From Paraphysomonas bandaiensis (Eukaryota > Protista > Chrysophyceae), in NCBI GenBank assembly GCA_965644295.1, contig CBFFRP010000277.1:124001-188000 (forward strand): DNA of 64,000 bases, read 5' to 3'. The notes under the pieces are model-generated. The model had not been told where the DNA came from. It did no database searches and saw nothing but the letters and a program-made list of their open reading frames with translations. Below, in pieces: positions 54,566 to 64,000 of the stretch (position 1 is the stretch's first letter; each line of letters opens with the position of its first letter). A program made the position numbers and the translations under genes.

Positions 54566-56569
54566 TGAGGATACTGGCACTGTAGATAACTGCAGTAGAC
54601 AGCCGCGCGCTTCACTTCACCGTGTCGCTGTTAGTGAATCGTCTGGACGCAGCACATTAGGAGTCGTGTCTTCGCCCATCCATCTGACAGCTGATAACAT
54701 ATGTGACGAAATTGAAAGGGAGATAGTGGAACGGTTGCACTGTGAGCACCAGTTCTGCATGCGTCCTACAGATGAGTCGAGTAGTACAGTGGCAGTACGA
54801 TGTGATGAGCCATGGCACTTGTTCGTTCCTATTGAGCCAGTTGTACTGTCTGGCAACAAGGTTATACTACAGCAAGTTCAAGATATCGAGCCTTCGAAAC
54901 TCAAGCGTGCTAGACGGGTAGCCGAAGATGTATCCCCCGCAGGAGAGGAGCCCGAAATATCATTATTCTCTCCTGCCACGTGCCGTGCGCAGCTTTCAGA
55001 ACCGCGGCTTCCCATTTTAACACCGAAGTATATATCCAGGTCCTCGAGCAGTTCATTCCGAATTCAGATCAGTGCAGGGTCACGAGAAGCTAAGAATCGA
55101 AAATTCTCCCGCAACATACGGAACGAGCTGGATGCTTTATGGTTGTGTGAGTATGCTTTAATATTCCTGGATAATCCCCAAACACTTGAAGACATAGTCG
55201 CTAAAGGTAACTATGATGTGTTGAAAGACCGCGGCCTTGTCACGTCTGTATCGGATTTTGGTTTTAAACTTCACGAACATTTGTTGGGTTCACTTCATCG
55301 TGGCCTACTAAAGCAGGAGGAATTTGATGTCGTAGCCGCCACGCTTCGTCGGGCAGTCCCGCCCGAGCAATCTAGTCATATGTACTCTCCTGTGGTGTTT
55401 GTTCAGCCACCGTCTGACGTGATGCCTTCACCCAACCCAACAGTAGAGACTAGTCTACGTGACACCAAACGCAAGCGACAGGCTGGCGAATCTCCAGTTG
55501 CGCGGGTCACAATGTCTCGTACGTACCCATCACCAACGTCCAAGAGTACTGAACGCACTAGTCCAATGCAGTCGCAACATTTTCATCGCAAAGTCTAAGA
55601 TTTATTTCAAGTTGTGGCGGATATGTTGTAGCTCCACACCATTGTTCCATGTGCTTATGTCACATAATATGTGAATTGTTCTTCTTGTGACATGTCTGTG
55701 ATTATCTTGTTGAGGCAATCACTTATTACCTCTGACCGAAATTTTTGTCTATTATCATCCTTATGTGATCCCGTTTATTCACAACTATCAGATGCATTAT
55801 AATTATCGGTGTTTGCGTGCCGCTTATTGTGCGTTTTCATTGGCTACTAGCGCACGTGGGGCATCGATATAATATTCATGGCATTATTAAAATTGCACGG
55901 GCAGTCTCGAGATTTTTAAAATTAGGAATGACGAAGTTTTCGCGAACGTATATGCGTTTATTGTCATTACTGGAATTTGTTAAGGACTAACAGTAATTTG
56001 TTATTCTATAAAGAAATTTTTCGTTGTGTTGTTGGACGGTGACTGATTCTCTAATCGAATATGTACTTTCTATAATTCTATACAAGCTGTCAGATTCTCT
56101 TAGTAGTACGAGCATTACATGCTTTAAATTTATTCCATCAATTTGAAGCAACGTTGAAGTCGGCACATGCGACTCCAGTTACAAAAATATGATTAAATCA
56201 GACGGAATATATTATATGGTGTGCTATAGAGTAGTGAAGTATACAGAAGCTTAGTTGGTTTATCGATAAATAATGATGTTCGTGTCATAATTGTTACAGT
56301 TGTATGAGCGGTATTTCGGAATTTAGCAGTTAACCAAGATCCATCAACATTTAAGTAAAACTTATGTTGATCACAAAATAAGTAGCGACTTACCTTAAGT
56401 TATTACAAGAATAAATGATTGACTAATATAAACCGGTATAACCGTTAGGGGAATACCAAATCAAGATTCTGGAAAGTGGTTTTGGTGAGATATTGAGAAT
56501 ATTTTAAACATGATCAAGTTTATTATCACATGAAAATTGAGTATCAACATAGCTAAATTAAGCATATAC

Positions 56570-57150
56570 CAACTCATCATAGAAAACTCTGTTTCAATAG
56601 CCTGAGTGTTTATTTCGCTTTCCACAGAAGCAATGAGTTAATTAACTATCAACTTCACCTGAGCATGGGATCTGCTGAGCTCTTGCGCAACTTGCAGACA
56701 ACTGGAATCATGAGCTTGGTATGCATTGGGCAACAGACCGAACAAGTAGTAATGCAACTCTATCGTTGACAGCGATACGCTTCAAGATGGTACTATATGC
56801 CTTAAAGATGGTGTGATCTTCCTTGAATCTGTTTGGACGGCCAGTAAACACATATTCCATGTCTTCAGTATCCTTTTTATGGGTGGCTATCATAAAGCAC
56901 AATAATGTTCAATTGTATTATCAATAACACGACCTTCTTTACAAGCCTAGCACTCTTCTGGGAATCTATTTCAGATTCTAATTATATTTTTACTTCATTA
57001 TTTATAAACAATAATTAATCGGATTTCTTTTACCTTTAGAAGCTGGTTGCCAAATTGAACCGTGAATATCACCAAACCCCCTTTTGATCTTTTAATTCCA
57101 GTTCTAGTAATAGGGTCGTCATGTTCTCTCACATCGGGAGCGCAAAAAGT
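56570..57150 (-). pseudogene. Probable decayed coding remnant
   Basis: Protein-like frames (EDMEYVFTGRPNRFKEDHTIFKAYSTILKRIAVNDRV; QVAQELSRSHAQVKLIVN*LIASVESEI) broken by stops and shifts. Confidence 0.3.
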
Positions 57151-57653
57151 TCTATACAAGCATAATCAATCAATCAATCACTCAACACATTAGAGGCGAA
57201 AAGAACGCAGAAATTTCAGTCAACACACAAAATTTCGGCCCAGCATACTAGAACTAGCGGCAATGGGTGTTAATATGTTCTTTGAGATGTACCAGGACAG
57301 TGCTTCACTTGTCAATGCATTGTATTGGAGTGGACTCAGAATATAGATACATGCATGTATCTCGTGTATACCGTATAGTATCCACTGTACATATCGCCCT
57401 CACGAGATACATTTTTTTGGAGTTGGTGTGTGGAGTGGTTTGATGTACAGTGTGTGTAAAGTGAGTGTATGTGTTGTTACGGTGCGGTACTCTGGTACAG
57501 CTAGTTGTACATGTTCAGGAAACAGACAGATGAATAAGCACAATGTGACACATTGAAACGACCTCTTCAGCTATTCGCCTGTACTTTATATCTGAATAGA
57601 TTGCTGTGATATGGAGCAGAAGGCTGCCTTTTATACAGCGTGAATAACTGAAC

Positions 57654-58052
57654 ATGGGAGCAGGGCTATCATCTGCTCAACTATGGGTAGAATCGCAGTT
57701 AGGCAGAAACAATAATCCTGATTGGAATAATGTTGACCCTCAGTATATGGCTACGCAATGTAAAGATATAGATGAGCTTCTTGCCATTGTGCGAAGTTAT
57801 GGCGGCCCTTTTGACCCGAAGGAATTGGGCGACAATGGTGACGATAATTACGTAGAAACCAACATAATGCCTGATAGTGGAGAGAATAGTGCTGACAATG
57901 AAATGGAAGTTGAAGCCGAGGTAAAACCTGTTATGAAGCAAGGCTCGAGCGAAAAGAAATCCGCAAGTGCTAAAGCCAAGAGAAAGATTCACAGTAGTGG
58001 AGATATGGATACCAATGTACCCAGCGGGAAAGAGCTGGTTACATTGAAATGA
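57654..58052 (+). CDS. Small hypothetical protein, 132 aa, with an N-myristoylation-like start
   Basis: MGAGLSS start, single ORF, coding-like composition. Confidence 0.7.
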   Translation: MGAGLSSAQLWVESQLGRNNNPDWNNVDPQYMATQCKDIDELLAIVRSYGGPFDPKELGDNGDDNYVETNIMPDSGENSADNEMEVEAEVKPVMKQGSSEKKSASAKAKRKIHSSGDMDTNVPSGKELVTLK

Positions 58053-58990
58053 TGAGCTACTTGTTCACTGACTGGAAGCTTGACTTTGGGGTTTCTGTAA
58101 AATGATTTCTTTGGTGACAGTAAGCATATCTACTCTTGTATGCCATTAATTAGTGCATGCTGGAATATGCTTGAGCGATTGTTTTTATATTATAACTTTT
58201 GTATATCTACTATAATTAATCACAATATAACTACTGCAGCTGCATTTATTAGCTAGGTATTTTTTGACATAAAGCCATTAAATACGAGCTGGAAGTATTG
58301 TGTTTGACTGTGTAGTCATTCCATGTTGAACCACATGTATCAGGCACTCATTACACCAATGTTTCGTGTATATACTATATAGGCAATTATATATGGTCAT
58401 GGGTTTTTCAATATTAAACTTCTGGATAAAAACATTGGCACTCACTCTATCCCCACAGGCCTCTACCTCTATAACTCCACCAGAAAGAGGGCGGAAGAGG
58501 TTAAACCTTGGTGTTTGCAGTGATGCGCAAATATCTTCGTCTTTCGTAGCACAAATAGTCGTCTGATGAGGACTATATCACAAACAAAACACATAGCCTG
58601 CAAATTTAGTGCGTACAATAGTACAATATAATAACATAATAGAGGCTAACTATATTATCGATATATTGTTCCTTAGCCCTGCGGCATATAACTACTACAA
58701 AAACTACAAAAGTATAGTAAATAGTGAGAGCTACACAATACACCTATAATTTCTACCTTCATCAATGTAGATAAATCAGAAAGAAATCAGATTTTAGAAA
58801 GCGCGTACAAAATTTTCCAGATAACATGAATATTTAGTTGACAGGACCAGGTCCTATGCATTTTAAATAAACACCGTTACAATCTGATTGTATGTCAAAT
58901 TCGAAAACATCTACTCTATAAACATTATTCGTTTCAAAAATTAATAAACTGAAACTACAACTATAGTTCTCAAACCACTGCAATGAAGTG

Positions 58991-60609
58991 CTAAACTTGC
59001 AATGTAATAACTTCAGCATCGGCAATATCATTGACATATTTCTGAAGTATGGGATCAACTTCTTCTACAAGAAACTCTTTTACCTGTTCAGGTGCCCTTC
59101 CAACAAACAACAATGGATCCATCAGTGCATCTAACGATCCGTGAACAGCGGAAAACAGTGGATCGGCCGCAATACGCTCTAGAAGGTCGTTGGGCGCGGC
59201 CTCTTCCTTTACCCTCCGGCCAGACTCCATCGAATGGGCACGAATTGCCTCATGGAGTATCTATAGTAAGGTCATACAGCTATGATAATGGTGGTTACAG
59301 TATATCAAAGAACCTGTCTGTCCCCACCGGCTTTAACGCATTGCATAAGAATTGCCTCAGTGGTCATGAACGGTAGCTCAAGATCAATCTGAGATCGGAT
59401 CACCGCCGGCCACACCTAGAGCTTATATTTAGAGGAAGAAATAAAACAACAATAACATACATGAAGACCGTCGGAAATATTGGTGAGTACCGTCAAAATG
59501 ACGTCAGCAGCGAGGAAGGCTTCAGGCAACACAATTCGCCTGTTCGATGAATCATCAAGTGTCCGCTCAAACCACTGGCCAGCATGTGTCTGCGATGCAT
59601 TCTACGCGCAGACACAAAATAATCCACATCATAGACAAGTACGAGATAGCAATAAATACTACATACGTGGAATTCATACCTGTGGCAGAGACATGAGGTA
59701 TCGGGCGAGACCACAGACCCTCTCTGATCTCATTGGATTTCGCTTGTATGCCATGGCACTGGATCCTATTTGATTTTTCTCAAACGGTTCCTCGACCTGT
59801 TTCATACTTGCAAGAAGTCGGATGTCGCTTGCCATTTTGTGTGCAGACTGTGCGATCCCGGAGAGAACACTCAACACTTTGAAGTCTATCTTGCGACTGT
59901 AGGTCTGTCCTGATACTGCCACCCAGTTATGAAACCCCATCGACTCGCAGACTAAGCGGTTGAGTACTTTAACCTTGTCATGATTACCCTCGAATAGCTC
60001 AAGGAAGGTGGCTTGAGTTCCGGTTGTTCCCTTCACACCTCTGAGAGGAATTCTATCAACGAGACTCTCGACCTCCTCTACATCCATCAAAAAATCATAC
60101 ATCCATAAGCTGCAGCGCTTTCCTACAGTGGTTAACTGCGCTGGTTGAAAGTGCGTGTAGCCCAGCGTTGGAAGATCCTTGTATTTGTCTGCAAATACTC
60201 GCATTGTATGCAGCAGTTTGACCAATCTGGTTCGAATAAGCACCAAAGATTCTTTTATTTGAATAATATCAGTATTGTCCCCTACATAGCAACTCGTGGC
60301 TCCTAAATGTATTATGGGCATGGCATTGGGACATGCTACTCCAAAAGTGTGAACATGAGCCATGACATCATGACGACACTTCGACTCCATATCTGCTGCC
60401 ATATCAAAGTCAATATCATCCAAATGAGCTCGCATTTCGTCCAATTGTTCAGTCGTAATATTCAGTCCTAATTCCTTCTCTGCCTCAGCAAGAGCAAGCC
60501 ATAGTCTACGCCATGTACTGAATTTCTTCTGTGGAGACCACAGGTAGCTCATTTCTTTAGAGGCATATCTCTCTATAAGAGGGTTCTCGTACTTCTCCTT
60601 TAATTCCAT
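58991..60609 (-). CDS. ADSL: Adenylosuccinate lyase, 4 exons
   Basis: [32 protein letters not shown], signature [10 protein letters not shown], spliced WFERTLDDS. Confidence 0.96.
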
Positions 60610-61206
60610 ATTCAAATGAGTACAGTGGTACTCAATAAATAAAATTAGTTCTTATGTATCTTAAACACTTTGCTCTGTGCGTCTCTTGTATGTAGTGACA
60701 TCAGAGTGGCTGGATTCAGAGTTAAACCAATATCTTCATATCCCATAGAAAATGTGCGGTATTTCTATATTTATTGCAAAAATATGGCCTTTCACAAAAT
60801 AGACGGTATAAAATATCGGTTTTTCGAGTGGGTTTTTATCCTTCATGTACAGTATATTGGACAGTAAAGCCGTGGCATGGACACAAAGGAGACAGACATA
60901 TCTACAGCACATGTGTTGATAAGATGCACAGAGCACCCTGTTAGTTATATCTACATTGTACTTCTTGCAAGTGTAACGGTACCATAATGCGTATTGATGG
61001 CGACTGCTTTTGACAAGTGTCACCGAAATTGTTTTCGGCGTAAAGGGTAAGGAAGTCTTGAGCCCTGTTCAGAGTACAGAATAATGCTGGTTTAAACAGT
61101 TGTCATTGCTATTGACAAGATCTGTATATAAGAATAAATCCGAATGAATGGCATTGGTAATAAGAAACCCACTTATACAACCAAGTAAGCTGAATATTAA
61201 TATTGG

Positions 61207-61710
61207 AAGTCTTATTATTAGCAATAGTCGTTAAAAACCTGCACCAACTTAGTAGCTAGTTGAATGCTAGACAAACTAGTTAGACCTCTACCTGTAACTA
61301 ATCAGTACACACTTTTTTATCCTACTATTTAACGCTACGGAAGCTGCTTGTGCGTCGCCGCAAGCACCAAGGTCGACCACTTCCGCTCTGAGTTCTTAAG
61401 GTGAACATCCCGGATGCTTGACTTCAGCAGGCAGCCCAATACCCCGGTTACCCTTCAGGTGGGCCCTGTCCCGGATGCCCTTGAGGTGAGCCCATTCCCG
61501 GGTGCCTGTTTATTCGTCAGGGCCCAAAGACGTCTACACAAGTGACACTTATTGGTGTCCCTTGTACCACACAAGCATTCGGCTATGAGTGGGCAGAAGA
61601 ATATCTGCTGACTATGTTTGCGGCTCACGTTAGTTTCCCAGAGAAATATCTCCAATACTTATCCCACAGAACACCACGAAAAGGTGCGAGTCCGACTTTG
61701 TTGAGGGTGA
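61207..61710 (+). repeat. Dispersed repeat family A, copy 3 (longest)
   Basis: Overlaps copy 1 (1634-1879) and copy 2 (42040-42345, minus strand); internal ~27-bp tandem cccgg..ccctt.aggtg.gccc. Confidence 0.85.
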
Positions 61711-61972
61711 ATATTAATTACCCCAATACAGAGTAAACTACTATGCTATGCTAGGACACTGTTGACTCTGAAATCATTATCGTTCTGCTCTACGTATAAC
61801 TTCTATGCCTCAAAGAATGCAATATATATATTGTGCTGACTTCGCTGAATTTTTAAGCATAATACAATCAGTGCTAGTTACGCCACATAGCGATTATGCT
61901 ATGTGTTATATAATATTAAGTCACTTTCTGAAAGTAGCAAGGGTAAAAATGAATATAAGAACTAAACTAAAA

Positions 61973-63894
61973 TCAATATTCCACACCATGACTTGCTAAA
62001 AATCGTTCAGCTTGAACATGCCACAAATCACTCATTACTATCTGAAGCCCGAACGCCTTTGCCATACCTCTCATTAAAAGAGTGACTCTACCCGCCATTA
62101 GAAAATTCTCAGGCATTTCAAGACACGAGTCCTCCCGTTCCATCCATTCTAAAAACAAGTGCATATTTCTTCCCTGAAGTATATCTGGTGTATCGCGGTC
62201 ATTGTAAAAACACGCATGACGATAAATAATATCCTCATTATTGTGCTCAGTTCTCATGCCCATCTGTTTATACAGGCGCACAATCTCACTTTTGTCATCA
62301 CGGTGAAAAGCAACTATTAGCTTCGCGAACGTAACTCGATCTTCGACAGACATCGTCTTGACCTATTACAGTTGTTATAGAATAGTAAACGTCACGGAGT
62401 CCAGAGTACCTGTCCGTAGTCGATGAGTCCAAGCCGGCCGTCCTCAAGCAGAAGGATATTCCCCGGGTGGGGGTCGCCATTAAATGATCCACACTCCAGT
62501 ATCTGACTCGCATGAACTTCACAAAGAATCTTCAGCGTGTGGCCAAGGTCAAGCAGCGGTGTAGCAGATGTCTCGTGGAAACTATATTTCCACGGTGCAC
62601 TGATAGCAGTGTTCGAGCCAAATATCTGAGAATACACAGGTTGGAGTGTGTGATTATAAACCCATCGAACACTATTAAGAGAAAATGCCCATTTGTTGAG
62701 GAAAAGCATCCACGATATATACGCGTGCTCATTCTGCGACTGTTCAAGGGTTTTCAGCTCAAGCGTACCATCCTTGACAGCCTGCACTCTCTCCGCTTCA
62801 ATCTCCTCAAAACTTCTCGTGTCCCCACTCTGGGCGGCAAGTGCCTTAAATTGCGCCCGCACTCCATCCACCATCTTCACCCCATGTAAAAAATCCATCA
62901 CAAGCAAGTGCTGGGAACAGAGATTCAAGTGTGGGGCAGGAATATCAACAACATGACCCCATATGGGCAAAACACAACTACGCACGCGATTAAGGTTCTC
63001 TGCCTCTCCACGGTAGTCAAATTCTAGTACAGAATACAATTATACCAAGACTATTATCACAGAAGGCAGAACTACCTGTACAAAACTGTTTCTCAATCTC
63101 GTTGAATGTAGGGAGGAATTGTGGGGTTGCGAGTTTGCAGAACATTCTAAGTGTTGCAATATCTGCTCTGAAACGTCTTTCCATATTTGGGAGCTGAACT
63201 TTCACCGCCACTTCTTGGTGAGATTCTCTTAGTACAGCTCGATGGACCTGACCAATCGACGCTACACCAATAGGTTCAGGATCAAATTCCTACAGGCACT
63301 TTACCATTGGTATCATATTAGTGTGGCGTGGTACCTCAAACACATCATCAAATTCCTTGCCTAATTCTGATTTTAATATGTGTGAAACGTAGCTTTTTGC
63401 TTCGTTGTAGTCAGCAAATTCGCTAGGCACATTATCCTGTGTATCTTTAAGCCATGTCATGTAGGCACCAGGGACAAAATCATCCTGGCGGCAGATGAGA
63501 TGGCGACCGAATAACTTTAGTAAAATACCTGTGCACTCATGAGCTGTGCCGTTTTTAGATAAAACCCTCGTAGTCTATAAGTTGTTGTTTTGATGTGATC
63601 TGTATGTTGATCATGAAGACGGTCGTATCGCTCCATCGCATCGTCATCAGATATGACCCCAATATCTTCGTTAAGGAACTGTACATACCGGTACTGTACG
63701 TATACTGGCAGTACATTTCTGATTATAATATTAGCTTGTAGTTATGCTTATCATTCACCACCAAACCTCCAAAAATCAACTGTTCTTGCAGCTCCTTCAT
63801 CATAATTCGAAAAAGCGTACACCCCACCTATCCCAGCGGCCGTAGTGGCTACGACAGATGATACAATGTAATGCCTCCTTGCAAACCGAAACAT
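61973..63894 (-). CDS. ABC1/UbiB/ADCK atypical kinase, probably mitochondrial, multi-exon
   Basis: LRGFYLKTAQ, GVASIGQVHRA, VAVKVQ, EFDYRGEA, NGDPHPGN, IDYG; presequence MFRFARRH followed by a TM helix. Confidence 0.9.
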
Positions 63895-64000
63895 TAGTCG
63901 GAAAATTATAGTTCGGTTTCGCCTCTTTGGCTTCAATATTAAATATATCCTTGTTTAAACTAATATCCTTCATGTCCTCCCTATACAACAGTACGGAGCA

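Larger units (their letters stand above)
48836..55598 (+). pseudogene. Host gene of unknown function interrupted in exon 2 by the LTR retrotransposon
   Basis: ATG 48836, exon 1 to 48913, 49-nt GT-AG intron 48914-48962. Removing the element and one TGAG copy gives ...QLEG|VLLLMNE|DTGTVDNC..., continuous to the stop at 55598. Confidence 0.7.

Overview
Eukaryotic nuclear DNA: gene-dense, standard genetic code, very short GT-AG introns (mostly ~45-55 nt). The gene content and intron style suggest a protist, probably a stramenopile (inference). About 15 host genes: TOG/HEAT protein, a CAMKK-type kinase fused to a PP2C phosphatase, RER1, BRX1 and RPF2 head-to-head, SAC1, EngA/Der GTPase, succinyl-CoA ligase beta, a TrxB-type thioredoxin reductase with a signal-peptide-like leader, a SNF2 ATPase with PHD and ubiquitin-reader-like modules, an ankyrin-Zn finger-kinase-TIR protein, ADSL, an ABC1/ADCK kinase and hypotheticals. 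Mobile DNA: (1) a 4.1 kb foldback element with ~1.77 kb inverted arms and a target-site duplication (24061-28165); (2) a young chromodomain Ty3/Gypsy LTR retrotransposon (48984-54565) with no tRNA primer site, inserted in a host exon that its 3' LTR re-opens in frame; (3) several small MITE-like and dispersed repeats, including a 44-bp element whose empty site is visible elsewhere in the window. Best candidates for undescribed biology are the ANK-kinase-TIR protein, the foldback element and the kinase-phosphatase fusion. All calls come from reading the sequence by eye; no searches were run.
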